A stretch of 64,000 nucleotides of DNA from Squalus acanthias (taxonomy: Eukaryota). The stretch's first letter is position 1; every line of letters begins with the position of its first letter. This document shows, one piece after another, positions 42,101 to 57,300 of the stretch. A program made the position numbers and the translations under genes. The stretch is taken from contig CM059432.1 of the NCBI GenBank assembly GCA_030390025.1, positions 29,514,001-29,578,000 on the forward strand. The letters are read 5' to 3'. Below the pieces are notes generated by a model. The model was given only the letters and a program-made list of their open reading frames with translations, was not told the DNA's origin and searched no databases.

Positions 42101-45100
42101 AACACACTGCCAGCTCTCTATTATCCTCAGTGTAACACACTGCCAGCTCTCTATTATCCTCAGTGTAACACACTGCCAGCTCTCTATTATCCTCAGTGTA
42201 ACACACTGCCAGCTCTCTATTATCCAGTGTAACACACTGCCAGCTCTCTATTATCCTCAGTGTAACACACTGCCAGCTCTCTATTATCCAGTGTAACACA
42301 CTGCCAGCTCTCTATTATCCTCAGTGTAACACACTGCCAGCTCTCTATTATCTCAGTGTAACACACTGCCAGCTCTCTATTATCCAGTGTAACACACTGC
42401 CAGCTCTCTATTATCCTCAGTGTAACACACTGCCAGCTCTCTATTATCCTCAGTGTAACACACTGCCAGCTCTCTATTATCCTCAGTGTAACACACTGCC
42501 AGCTCTCTATTATCCTCAGTGTAACACACTGCCAGCTCTCTATTATCCTCAGTGTAACACACTGCCAGCTCTCTATTATCCAGTGTAACACACTGCCAGC
42601 TCTCTATTATCCTCAGTGTAACACACTGCCAGCTCTCTATTATCCAGTGTAACACACTGCCAGCTCTCTATTATCCTCAGTGTAACACACTGCCAGCTCT
42701 CTATTATCCTCAGTGTAACACACTGCCAGCTCTCTATTATCTCAGTGTAACACACTGCCAGCTCTCTATTATCCAGTGTAACACACTGCCAGCTCTCTAT
42801 TATCCAGTGTAACACACTGCCAGCTCTCTATTATCCTCAGTGTAACACACTGCCAGCTCTCTATTATCCTCAGTGTAACACACTGCCAGCTCTCTATTAT
42901 CCTCAGTGTAACACACTGCCAGCTCTCTATTATCCTCAGTGTAACACACTGCCAGCTCTCTATTATCCTCAGTGTAACACACTGCCAGCTCTCTATTATC
43001 CAGTGTAACACACTGCCAGCTCTCTATTATCCTCAGTGTAACACACTGCCAGCTCTCTATTATCCAGTGTAACACACTGCCAGCTCTCTATTATCCTCAG
43101 TGTAACACACTGCCAGCTCTCTATTATCCTCAGTGTAACACACTGCCAGCTCTCTATTATCCTCAGTGTAACACACTGCCAGCTCTCTATTATCCTCAGT
43201 GTAACACACTGCCAGCTCTCTATTATCCTCAGTGTAACACACTGCCAGCTCTCTATTATCCTCAGTGTAACACACTGCCAGCTCTCTATTATCCTCAGTG
43301 TAACACACTGCCAGCTCTCTATTATCCTCAGTGTAACACACTGCCAGCTCTCTATTATCCTCAGTGTAACACACTGCCAGCTCTCTATTATCCTCAGTGT
43401 AACACACTGCCAGCTCTCTATTATCCTCAGTGTAACACACTGCCAGCTCTCTATTATCCTCAGTGTAACACACTGCCAGCTCTCTATTATCCTCAGTGTA
43501 ACACACTGCCAGCTCTCTATTATCCTCAGTGTAACACACTGCCAGCTCTCTATTATCCAGTGTAACACACTGCCAGCTCTCTATTATCCTCAGTGTAACA
43601 CACTGCCAGCTCTCTATTATCCAGTGTAACACACTGCCAGCTCTCTATTATCCTCAGTGTAACACACTGCCAGCTCTCTATTATCCTCAGTGTAACACAC
43701 TGCCAGCTCTCTATTATCCTCAGTGTAACACACTGCCAGCTCTCTATTATCCAGTGTAACACACTGCCAGCTCTCTATTATCCTCAGTGTAACACACTGC
43801 CAGCTCTCTATTATCCTCAGTGTAACACACTGCCAGCTCTCTATTATCCTCAGTGTAACACACTGCCAGCTCTCTATTATCCTCAGTGTAACACACTGCC
43901 AGCTCTCTATTATCCTCAGTGTAACACACTGCCAGCTCTCTATTATCCTCAGTGTAACACACTGCCAGCTCTCTATTATCCAGTGTAACACACTGCCAGC
44001 TCTCTATTATCCAGTGTAACACACTGCCAGCTCTCTATTATCCTCAGTGTAACACACTGCCAGCTCTCTATTATCCTCAGTGTAACACACTGCCAGCTCT
44101 CTATTATCCTCAGTGTAACACACTGCCAGCTCTCTATTATCCTCAGTGTAACACACTGCCAGCTCTCTATTATCCTCAGTGTAACACACTGCCAGCTCTC
44201 TATTATCCTCAGTGTAACACACTGCCAGCTCTCTATTATCCAGTGTAACACACTGCCAGCTCTCTATTATCCAGTGTAACACACTGCCAGCTCTCTATTA
44301 TCCTCAGTGTAACACACTGCCAGCTCTCTATTATCCTCAGTGTAACACACTGCCAGCTCTCTATTATCCTCAGTGTAACACACTGCCAGCTCTCTATTAT
44401 CCTCAGTGTAACACACTGCCAGCTCTCTATTATCCTCAGTGTAACACACTGCCAGCTCTCTATTATCCTCAGTGTAACACACTGCCAGCTCTCTATTATC
44501 CAGTGTAACACACTGCCAGCTCTCTATTATCCAGTGTAACACACTGCCAGCTCTCTATTATCCAGTGTAACACACTGCCAGCTCTCTATTATCCTCAGTG
44601 TAACACACTGCCAGCTCTCTATTATCCTAGTGTAACACACTGCCAGCTCTCTATTATCTCAGTGTAACACACTGCCAGCTCTCTATTATCCAGTGTAACA
44701 CACTGCCAGCTCTCTATTATCCAGTGTAAAACACTGCCAGCTCTCTATTATCCTCAGTGTAACACACTGCCAGCTCTCTATTATCCTCAGTGTAACACAC
44801 TGCCAGCTCTCTATTATCCGCAGTGTAACACACTGCCAGCTCTCTATTATCTCAGTGTAACACACTGCCAGCTCTCTATTATCCTCAGTGTAACACACTG
44901 CCAGCTCTCTATTATCCAGTGTAACACACTGCCAGCTCTCTATTATCCAGTGTAACACACTGCCAGCTCTCTATTATCCAGTGTAACACACTGCCAGCTC
45001 TCTATTATCCTCAGTGTAACACACTGCCAGCTCTCTATTATCCTCAGTGTAACACACTGCCAGCTCTCTATTATCCTCAGTGTAACACACTGCCAGCTCT

Positions 45101-48030
45101 CTATTATCCAGTGTAACACACTGCCAGCTCTCTATTATCCTCAGTGTAACACACTGCCAGCTCTCTATTATCCTCAGTGTAACACACTGCCAGCTCTCTA
45201 TTATCCTCAGTGTAACACACTGCCAGCTCTCTATTATCCTCAGTGTAACACACTGCCAGCTCTCTATTATCCTCAGTGTAACACACTGCCAGCTCTCTAT
45301 TATCCTCAGTGTAACACACTGCCAGCTCTCTATTATCCTCAGTGTAACACACTGCCAGCTCTCTATTATCCTCAGTGTAACACACTGCCAGCTCTCTATT
45401 ATCCAGTGTAACACACTGCCAGCTCTCTATTATCCTCAGTGTAACACACTGCCAGCTCTCTATTATCCTCAGTGTAACACACTGCCAGCTCTCTATTATC
45501 CTCAGTGTAACACACTGCCAGCTCTCTATTATCCTCAGTGTAACACACTGCCAGCTCTCTATTATCCAGTGTAACACACTGCCAGCTCTCTATTATCCAG
45601 TGTAACACACTGCCAGCTCTCTATTATCCTCAGTGTAACACACTGCCAGCTCTCTATTATCCTCAGTGTAACACACTGCCAGCTCTCTATTATCCTCAGT
45701 GTAACACACTGCCAGCTCTCTATTATCCTCAGTGTAACACACTGCCAGCTCTCTATTATCCTCAGTGTAACACACTGCCAGCTCTCTATTATCCTCAGTG
45801 TAACACACTGCCAGCTCTCTATTATCCAGTGTAACACACTGCCAGCTCTCTATTATCCAGTGTAACACACTGCCAGCTCTCTATTATCCAGTGTAACACA
45901 CTGCCAGCTCTCTATTATCCTCAGTGTAACACACTGCCAGCTCTCTATTATCCTCAGTGTAACACACTGCCAGCTCTCTATTATCCTCAGTGTAACACAC
46001 TGCCAGCTCTCTATTATCCTCAGTGTAACACACTGCCAGCTCTCTATTATCCTCAGTGTAACACACTGCCAGCTCTCTATTATCCTCAGTGTAACACACT
46101 GCCAGCTCTCTATTATCCTCAGTGTAACACACTGCCAGCTCTCTATTATCCTCAGTGTAACACACTGCCAGCTCTCTATTATCCTCAGTGTAACACACTG
46201 CCAGCTCTCTATTATCCTCAGTGTAACACACTGCCAGCTCTCTATTATCCTCAGTGTAACACACTGCCAGCTCTCTATTATCCTCAGTGTAACACACTGC
46301 CAGCTCTCTATTATCCTCAGTGTAACACACTGCCAGCTCTCTATTATCCTCAGTGTAACACACTGCCAGCTCTCTATTATCCTCAGTGTAACACACTGCC
46401 AGCTCTCTATTATCCTCAGTGTAACACACTGCCAGCTCTCTATTATCCTCAGTGTAACACACTGCCAGCTCTCTATTATCCTCAGTGTAACACACTGCCA
46501 GCTCTCTATTATCCTCAGTGTAACACACTGCCAGCTCTCTATTATCCTCAGTGTAACACACTGCCAGCTCTCTATTATCCTCAGTGTAACACACTGCCAG
46601 CTCTCTATTATCCTCAGTGTAACACACTGCCAGCTCTCTATTATCCTCAGTGTAACACACTGCCAGCTCTCTATTATCCTCAGTGTAACACACTGCCAGC
46701 TCTCTATTATCCTCAGTGTAACACACTGCCAGCTCTCTATTATCCTCAGTGTAACACACTGCCAGCTCTCTATTATCCTCAGTGTAACACACTGCCAGCT
46801 CTCTATTATCCTCAGTGTAACACACTGCCAGCTCTCTATTATCCTCAGTGTAACACACTGCCAGCTCTCTATTATCCTCAGTGTAACACACTGCCAGCTC
46901 TCTATTATCCTCAGTGTAACACACTGCCAGCTCTCTATTATCCTCAGTGTAACACACTGCCAGCTCTCTATTATCCTCAGTGTAACACACTGCCAGCTCT
47001 CTATTATCCTCAGTGTAACACACTGCCAGCTCTCTATTATCCTCAGTGTAACACACTGCCAGCTCTCTATTATCCTCAGTGTAACACACTGCCAGCTCTC
47101 TATTATCCTCAGTGTAACACACTGCCAGCTCTCTATTATCCTCAGTGTAACACACTGCCAGCTCTCTATTATCCTCAGTGTAACACACTGCCAGCTCTCT
47201 ATTATCCTCAGTGTAACACACTGCCAGCTCTCTATTATCCTCAGTGTAACACACTGCCAGCTCTCTATTATCCTCAGTGTAACACACTGCCAGCTCTCTA
47301 TTATCCTCAGTGTAACACACTGCCAGCTCTCTATTATCCTCAGTGTAACACACTGCCAGCTCTCTATTATCCTCAGTGTAACACACTGCCAGCTCTCTAT
47401 TATCCTCAGTGTAACACACTGCCAGCTCTCTATTATCCTCAGTGTAACACACTGCCAGCTCTCTATTATCCTCAGTGTAACACACTGCCAGCTCTCTATT
47501 ATCCTCAGTGTAACACACTGCCAGCTCTCTATTATCCTCAGTGTAACACACTGCCAGCTCTCTATTATCCTCAGTGTAACACACTGCCAGCTCTCTATTA
47601 TCCTCAGTGTAACACACTGCCAGCTCTCTATTATCCTCAGTGTAACACACTGCCAGCTCTCTATTATCCTCAGTGTAACACACTGCCAGCTCTCTATTAT
47701 CCTCAGTGTAACACACTGCCAGCTCTCTATTATCCTCAGTGTAACACACTGCCAGCTCTCTATTATCTCAGTGTAACACACTGCCAGCTCTCTATTATCC
47801 TCAGTGTAACACACTGCCAGCTCTCTATTATCCTCAGTGTAACACACTGCCAGCTCTCTATTATCCTCAGTGTAACACACTGCCAGCTCTCTATTATCCT
47901 CAGTGTAACACACTGCCAGCTCTCTATTATCCTCAGTGTAACACACTGCCAGCTCTCTATTATCCTCAGTGTAACACACTGCCAGCTCTCTATTATCCTC
48001 AGTGTAACACACTGCCAGCTCTCTATTATC
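39120..48030. repeat. Near-homogeneous array domain II, including a run of 56 consensus 33-mers (45889-47736)
   Basis: Substitution markers fade out while the 31-mer spacing persists. From 45889 to the 32-bp unit ending at 47768 the distance is 56x33+32 bp, and the ORF track shows invariant peptide repeats in two frames over this run. Confidence 0.88.
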
Positions 48031-48049
48031 CTCATGTAACACACTGCCA

Positions 48050-51000
48050 GCTCTCTATTATCCAGTGTAACACACTGCCAGCTCTCTAATATAAAGTGTA
48101 ACACACTGCCAGCACTCTATTATCCAGTGTAACACACTGCCAGCTCCCTATTATCCTCAGTGTAACACACTGTCAGCTCTCTATTATCCTCAGTGTAACA
48201 CAGTGCTAGCTCTCTATTATTCTCAGTGTAACACACTGCCAGCTCTCTATTATCCAGTGTAACACACTGACAGCTCTCTATTATCCTCAGTGTAACACAC
48301 TGCCAGCTCTCTTTTATCCTCAGTGTGACACACTGCCAGCTCTCTATTATACTCAGTGTAACACACTGCCAGCTCTCTATTATCCTCAATGTAACACACT
48401 GCCAGCTCTCCATTATCCTCAGTTTAACACACTGCCAGCTATCTATTATTCAGTGTAACACACTGTCAGCTCTCTATTATCCTCAATGTAACACACTGCC
48501 AGCTCTCCATTATCCTCAGTGTAACACACTGCCAGCACTCTATTATCCAGTTTAACACACTGCCAGCTCTCTATTATCCTCAGTGTAACACACTGGCTGC
48601 TCTCTATTATCCTCAGTGTAACACACTGCCAGCTCTCTATTATCCAGTGTAACACACTGCCAGCTCTCTATTATCCTCAGTGTAACACACCGCCAGCTGT
48701 CTATTATCCTGAGTGTAACACCCTGCCAGCTGTCTATTATCCTCAGTGTAATACACTGCCAGCTCTGTATTATCCACAGTGCAACACCCTGCCAGCTCTC
48801 TATTATCCAGTGTAAAACACTGCCAGCTCTCTATTATCCTCAGTGCAACACACTGCCAGCTCACTATTATCCTCAGTGTAACACGCTGTCTGCTCTCTAT
48901 TAACCTCAGTTTAACACACTGCCAGCTCTCTATTATCCTCAGTGTAACACATTGCCAGCTCATTATTATCCTCAGTGTAACACACTGCCAGCTCTCTATT
49001 ATCCTCAGTGTAACACACTACCAGCTCTCTATTATCCTCAGTATAACACACTGCCAGCTCTCTATTATCCAGTTTAACACACTGCCAGCTCTCTATTATC
49101 CTCAGTGAAACACACTGCCAGCTCTCTATTATCCTCAGTGTAACACACCGCCAGTGCTCTATTATCCTCAGTGTAACACACTGCCAGCTCTCTAATTTCC
49201 TCAGTGTAACACACCGCCAGCTCTCTATTATCCTCAGTGTAACACACTGCCAGCTCTCTATTATCCTCAGTGTAACACACTGTCAGCTCTCTATTATCCT
49301 CAGTGTAACACACTGCCAGCCCTCTGTTATCCACAGTGTAACAAACTGCAAGCTCACTATTATCCAGTGTAACACACAGCCAGCTCTCTATTATCCTCAA
49401 TGTTACACACTGCCAGCTCTCTGTTATCCAGTATAACATACTGCCACCTCTTTATTATCCTCAGTGTAACACACTGCCAGCTCTCTATTATCCTCAGTGT
49501 AACACACTGCCAGCTCTCTATTATCCTCAGTGTAACACATTGCCAGCTCTCTATTATCCAGTGTAACACACTGCCAGCTCTCTATTATCCAGTGTAACAC
49601 ACTGCCAGCTCTCTATTATCCAGTGTAAAACACTGCCAGCTCTCTATTATCCTCAGTGTAACACACTGCCAGCTCTCTATTGTCCGCAGTGTAACACACT
49701 GCCAGCTCTCTATTATACTCAGTGTAACACACTGCCAGCTCTCTATTATCCTCAATGTAACACACTGCCAGCTCTCTATTATCCAGTGTAACACACTGCC
49801 AGCTCTCCAATATAAAGTGTAACACACTGCCAGCACTCTATTATCCAGTGTAACAGACTGCCAGCTCCCTATTATCCTCAGTGTAACACACTGCCAGCTC
49901 TCTCTAATCCAGTGTAACACACTGACAGCTCTCTATTATCCTCAGTGTAACACACTGCCAGCTCTCTTTTATCCTCAGTGTAACACACTGCCAGCTCTCT
50001 ATTATACTCAGTGTAACACACTGCCAGCTCTCTATTATCCTCAATGTAACACACTGCCAGCTCTCCATTATCCTCAGTTTAACATACTGCCAGCTATCTA
50101 TTATCCAGTGTAACACACTGCCAGCTCTCTATTATCCTCAATGTAACACACTGCCAGCTCTCCATTATCCTCAGTGTAACACGCTGCCAGCACTCTATTA
50201 TCCAGTGTAACACACTGCCAGCTCTCTATTATCCTCAGTGTAACACACTGGCTGCTCTCTATTATCCTCAGTGTAACACACTGCCAGCTCTCTATTATCC
50301 AGTGTAACACACTGCCAGCTCTCTATTATCCTCAGTGTAACACACCGCCAGCTGTCTATTATCCTGAGTGTAACACCCTGCCAGCTGTCTATTATCCTCA
50401 GTGTAATACACTGCCAGCTCTCTATTATCCACAGTGCAACACCCTGCCAGCTCTCTATTATCCAGTGTAAAACACTGCCAGCTCTCTATTATCCTCAGTG
50501 CAACACACTGCCAGCTCTCTATTATCCTCAGTGTAACACACTGTCTGCTCTCTATTAACCTCAGTTTAACACACTGCCAGCTCTCTATTATCCTCAGTGT
50601 AACACACTGGCTGCTCTCTATTATCCTCAGTGTAACACACTGCCAGCTCTCTATTATCCAGTGTAACACACTGCCAGCTCTCTATTATCCTCAGTGTAAC
50701 ACACCGCCAGCTGTCTATTATCCTGAGTGTAACACCCTGCCAGCTGTCTATTATCCTCAGTGTAACACACTGCCAGCTCTGTATTATCCACAGTGCAACA
50801 CCCTGCCAGCTCTCTATTATCCAGTGTAAAACACTGCCAGCTCTCTATTATCCTCAGTGCAACACACTGCCAGCTCACTATTATCCTCAGTGTAACACAC
50901 TGTCTGCTCTCTATTAACCTCAGTTTAACACACTGCCAGCTCTCTATTATCCTCAGTGTAACACATTGCCAGCTCATTATTATCCTCAGTGTAACACACT

Positions 51001-51330
51001 GCCAGCTCTCTATTATCCTCAGTGTAACACACTGCCAGCTCTCTATTATCCTCAGTATAACACACTGCCAGCTCTCTATTATCCAGTTTAACACACTGCC
51101 AGCTCTCTATTATCCTCAGTGAAACACACTGCCAGCTCTCTATTATCCACAGTGTAACACACCGCCAGTCCTCTATTATCCTCAGTGTAACACACTGCCA
51201 GCTCTCTATTATCCTCAGTGTAACACACCGCCAGCTCTCTATTATCCTCAGTGTAACACACTGCCAGCTCTCTATTATCCTCAGTGTAACACACTGCCAG
51301 CTCTCTATTATCCTCAGTGAAACACACTGC
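48050..51330. repeat. Second clean type A HOR block
   Basis: AATATAAAG lies at 48088 and 49809 (1721 bp apart). CTGAG lies at 48709, 50364 and 50723 (1655 and 359 bp apart). The marker order is the same as at 31.9-34.9 kb. Confidence 0.88.
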
Positions 51331-54300
51331 CAGCTCTCTATTATCCTCAGTTTAACACACCGCCAGCCCTCTATTATCCTCAGTGTAACACACTGCCAGC
51401 TCTCTATTATCCTCAGTGTAACACACTGCCAGCTCTCTATTATCCTCAGTGTAACATACTGCCAGCTCTCTATTATCCTCAGTGTAACACACTGCCAGCT
51501 TTCTATTATCCTCAGTGTAACATACTGCCAGCTCTCTATTACATTCAGTGTAACACACTGCCAGCTCTCTATTATCCTCAGTGCAACACCCTGCCAGCTC
51601 TCTATTATCCAGTGTAAAACACTGCCTGCTCTCTATTATCCTCAGTGCAACACACTGCCAGCTCTCTATTATCCTCAGTGTAACACACTGTCTGCTCTCT
51701 ATTATCCTCAGTTTAACACACTGCCAGCTCTCTATTATCCTCAGTGTAACACATTGCCAGCGCACTATTATCCGCAGTGTAACACACTGCCAGCTCTCTA
51801 TTATCCTCAGTGTAACACACTGCCAGCTCTCTATTATCCTCAGTGTAACACACTGCCAGCTCTCTATTATCCTCAGTGTAACACACCGCCAGTCCTCTAT
51901 TATCCTTAGTGTAACACACTGCCAGCTCTCTATTATCCTCAGTGTAACACACTGCCAGCTCTCTATTATCCTCAGTGTAACACACCGCCAGCCGTCTATT
52001 ATCCTCAGTGTAACACACTGCCAGCTCTCTATTATCCTCAGTGTAACACACTGCCAGCTCTCTATTATCCTCAGTGTAACACACTGCCAGCTCTCTATTA
52101 TCCTCAGTGTAACACACTGTCAGCTCTCTATTATCCTCAGTGTAACACACTGCCAGCCCTCTGTTATCCACAGTGTAACAAACTGCAAGCTCACTATTAT
52201 CCAGTGTAACACACAGCCAGCTCTCTATTATCCTCAGTGTTACACACTGCCAGCTCTCTGTTATCCAGTATAACATACTGCCACCTCTCTATTATCCTCA
52301 GTGTAAGACACTGCCAGCTCTCTATTATCCTCAGTGTAACACACTGCCAGCTCTCTATTATCCTCAGTGTAACACATTGCCAGCTCTCTATTATCCTCAG
52401 TGTAACACACTGCCAGCTCTCTATTATCCAGTGCAACACACTGTCAGCTCTCTATTATCCTCAGTGTAACACATTGCCAGCTCTCTATTACCTTCAGTGT
52501 AACACACTGCCAGCTCTCTATTATCCTCAGAGTAACACACTGCCAGCTCTCTATTATCCTCAGTGTAACACACTGCCAGCTCTCTATTACCTTCAGTGTA
52601 ACACACTGCCAGCTCTCTATTATCCTCAGAGTAACACACTGCCAGCTCTCTATTATCCAGTGTAACACACTGCCAGCTCTCTATTATCCAGTGTAACACA
52701 CTGCCAGCTCTCTATTATCCTCAGTGTAACACACTGCCAGCTCTCTATTACCTTCAGTGTAACACATTGCCAGCTCTCTATTACCTTCAGTGTAACACAC
52801 TGCCAGCTGTCGATTATCCTCAGTGTAACACACTGCCAGCTCTCTATTATCCAGTGTAACACACTGCCAGCTCTCTATTATCCAGTGTAACACACTGCCA
52901 GCTCTCTATTATCCAGTGTAAAACACTGCCAGCTCTCTATTATCCTCAGTGTAACACACTGCCAGCTGTCTATTATCCTCAGTTTAACACACTGCCAGCT
53001 CTCTATTATCCGCAGTGTAACACACTGCCAGCTCTCTATTATACTCAGTGTAACACACTGCCAGCTCTCTATTATCCTCAATGTAACACACTGCCAGCTC
53101 TCTATTATCCAGTGTAACACACTGCCAGCTCTCTAATATAAAGTGTAAAACACTGCCAGCACTCTATTATCCAGTGTAACACACTGCCAGCTCTCTATTA
53201 TCCTCAGTGTAACACACTGCCAGCTCTCTATTATCCTCAGTGTAACACACTGCCAGCTCTCTATTATCCTCAGTTTAACACACCGCCAGCTCTCTATTAT
53301 CCTCAGTGTAACATACTGCCAGCTCTCTATTATCCTCAGTGTAACACACTGCCAGCTTTCTATTATCCTCAGTGTAACATACTGCCAGCTCTCTATTACA
53401 TTCAGTGTAACACACTGCCAGCTCTCTATTATCCTCAGTGCAACACCCTGCCAGCTCTCTATTATCCAGTGTAAAACACTGCCTGCTCTCTATTATCCTC
53501 AGTGCAACACACTGCCAGCTCTCTATTATCCTCAGTGTAACACACTGTCTGCTCTCTATTATCCTCAGTTTAACACACTGCCAGCTCTCTATTATCCTCA
53601 GTGTAACACATTGCCAGCTCACTATTATCCTCAGTGTAACACACTGCCAGCTCTCTATTATCCTCAGTATAACACACTGCCAGCTCTCTTTTATCCTCAG
53701 TGTAACACACTGCCAGCTCTCTATTATCCTCAGTGTAACACACCGCCAGTCCTCTATTATCCTTAGTGGAACACACTGCCAGCTCTCTATTATCCTCAGT
53801 GTAACACACTGCCAGCTCTCTATTATCCTCAGTGTAACACACCGCCAGCCGTCTATTATCCTCAGTGTAACACACTGCCAGCTCTCTATTATCCTCAGTG
53901 TAACAAACTGCCAGCTCTCTATTATCCTCAGTGTAACACACTGCCAGCTCTCTATTATCCTCAGTGTAACACACTGTCAGCTCTCTATTATCCTCAGTGT
54001 AACACACTGCCAGCCCTCTGTTATCCACAGTGTAACAATCTGCAAGCTCACTATTATCCAGTGTAACACACAGCCAGCTCTCTATTATCCTCAGTGTTAC
54101 ACACTGCCAGCTCTCTGTTATCCAGTATAACATACTGCCACCTCTCTATTATCCTCAGTGTAACACACTGCCAGCTCTCTATTATCCTCAGTGTAACACA
54201 CTGCCAGCTCTCTATTATCCTCAGTGTAACACACTGCCAGCTCTCTATTATCCTCAGTGTAACACACCGCCAGTCCTCTATTATCCTTAGTGTAACACAC

Positions 54301-57300
54301 TGCCAGCTCTCTATTATCCTCAGTGTAACACGCTGCCAGCTCTCTATTATCCTCAGTGTAACACACCGCCAGCCGTCTATTATCCTCAGTGTAACACACT
54401 GCCAGCTCTCTATTATCCTCAGTGTAACACACTGCCAGCTCTCTATTATCCTCAGTGTAACACACTGCCAGCTCTCTATTATCCTCAGTGTAACACACTG
54501 TCAGCTCTCTATTATCCTCAGTGTAACACACTGCCAGCCCTCTGTTATCCACAGTGTAACAAACTGCAAGCTCACTATTATCCAGTGTAACACACAGCCA
54601 GCTCTCTATTATCCTCAGTGTTACACACTGCCAGCTCTCTGTTATCCAGTATAAAATACTGCCACCTCTCTATTATCCTCAGTGTAAGACACTGCCAGCT
54701 CTCTATTATCCTCAGTGTAACACACTGCCAGCTCTCTATTATCCTCAGTGTAACACATTGCCAGCTCTCTATTATCCTCAGTGTAACACACTGCCAGCTC
54801 TCTATTATCCAGTGCAACACACTGTCAGCTCTCTATTATCCTCAGTGTAACACATTGCCAGCTCTCTATTACCTTCAGTGTAACACACTGCCAGCTCTCT
54901 ATTATCCTCAGAGTAACACACTGCCAGCTCTCTATTATCCTCAGTGTAACACACTGCCAGCTCTCTATTACCTTCAGTGTAACACACTGCCAGCTCTCTA
55001 TTATCCTCAGAGTAACACACTGCCAGCTCTCTATTATCCAGTGTAACACACTGCCAGCTCTCTATTATCCAGTGTAACACACTGCCAGCTCTCTATTATC
55101 CTCAGTGTAACACACTGCCAGCTCTCTATTACCTTCAGTGTAACACATTGCCAGCTCTCTATTACCTTCAGTGTAACACACTGCCAGCTGTCGATTATCC
55201 TCAGTGTAACACACTGCCAGCTCTCTATTATCCAGTGTAACACACTGCCAGCTCTCTATTATCCAGTGTAACACACTGCCAGCTCTCTATTATCCAGTGT
55301 AAAACACTGCCAGCTCTCTATTATCCTCAGTGTAACACACTGCCAGCTCTCTATTATCCAGTGTAACACACTGCCAGCTGTCTATTATCCTCAGTGTAAC
55401 ACACTGTCAGCTCTCTATTATCCGCAGTGTAACACACTGCCAGCTCTCTATTATACTCAGTGTAACACACTGCCAGCTCTCTATTATCCTCAATGTAACA
55501 CACTGCCAGCTCTCTATTATCCAGTGTAACACACTGCCAGCTCTCTAATATAAAGTGTAACACACTGCCAGCACTCTATTATCCAGTGTAACACACTGCC
55601 AGCTCTCTATTATCCTCAGTGTAACACACTGCCAGCTCTCTATTATCCTCAGTGTAACACACTGCCAGCTCTCTATTATCCTCAGTTTAACACACCGCCA
55701 GCCCTCTATTATCCTCAGTGTAACACACTGCCAGCTCTCTATTATCCTCAGTGTAACACACTGCCAGCTCTCTATTATCCTCAGTGTAACATACTGCCAG
55801 CTCTCTATTATCCTCAGTGTAACACACTGCCAGCTTTCTATTATCCTCAGTGTAACATACTGCCAGCTCTCTATTACATTCAGTGTAACACACTGCCAGC
55901 TCTCTATTATCCTCAGTGCAACACCCTGCCAGCTCTCTATTATCCAGTGTAAAACACTGCCTGCTCTCTATTATCCTCAGTGCAACACACTGCCAGCTCT
56001 CTATTATCCTCAGTGTAACACACTGTCTGCTCTCTATTATCCTCAGTTTAACACACTGCCAGCTCTCTATTATCCTCAGTGTAACACATTGCCAGCTCAC
56101 TATTATCCTCAGTGTAACACACTGCCAGCTCTCTATTATCCTCAGTATAACACACTGCCAGCTCTCTATTATCCTCAGTGTAACACACTGCCAGCTCTCT
56201 ATTATCCTCAGTGTAACACACCGCCAGTCCTCTATTATCCTTAGTGGAACACACTGCCAGCTCTCTATTATCCTCAGTGTAACACACTGCCAGCTCTCTA
56301 TTATCCTCAGTGTAACACACCGCCAGCCGTCTATTATCCTCAGTGTAACACACTGCCAGCTCTCTATTATCCTCAGTGTAACAAACTGCCAGCTCTCTAT
56401 TATCCTCAGTGTAACACACTGCCAGCTCTCTATTATCCTCAGTGTAACACACTGTCAGCTCTCTATTATCCTCAGTGTAACACACTGCCAGCCCTCTGTT
56501 ATCCACAGTGTAACAATCTGCAAGCTCACTATTATCCAGTGTAACACACAGCCAGCTCTCTATTATCCTCAGTGTTACACACTGCCAGCTCTCTGTTATC
56601 CAGTATAACATACTGCCACCTCTCTATTATCCTCAGTGTAACACACTGTCTGCTCTCTATTATCCTCAGTTTAACACACTGCCAGCTCTCTATTATCCTC
56701 AGTGTAACACATTGCCAGCTCACTATTATCCTCAGTGTAACACACTGCCAGCTCTCTATTATCCTCAGTATAACACACTGCCAGCTCTCTATTATCCTCA
56801 GTGTAACACACTGCCAGCTCTCTATTATCCTCAGTGTAACACACCGCCAGTCCTCTATTATCCTTAGTGGAACACACTGCCAGCTCTCTATTATCCTCAG
56901 TGTAACACACTGCCAGCTCTCTATTATCCTCAGTGTAACACACCGCCAGCCGTCTATTATCCTCAGTGTAGCACACTGCCAGCTCTCTATTATCCTCAGT
57001 GTAACAAACTGCCAGCTCTCTATTATCCTCAGTGTAACACACTGCCAGCTCTCTATTATCCTCAGTGTAACACACTGCCAGCTCTCTATTATCCTCAGTG
57101 TAACACATTGCCAGCTCTCTATTATCCTCAGTGTAACACACTGCCAGCTCTCTATTATCCAGTGCAACACACTGTCAGCTCTCTATTATCCTCAGTGTAA
57201 CACATTGCCAGCTCTCTATTACCTTCAGTGTAACACACTGCCAGCTCTCTATTATCCTCAGAGTAACACACTGCCAGCTCTCTATTATCCTCAGTGTAAC

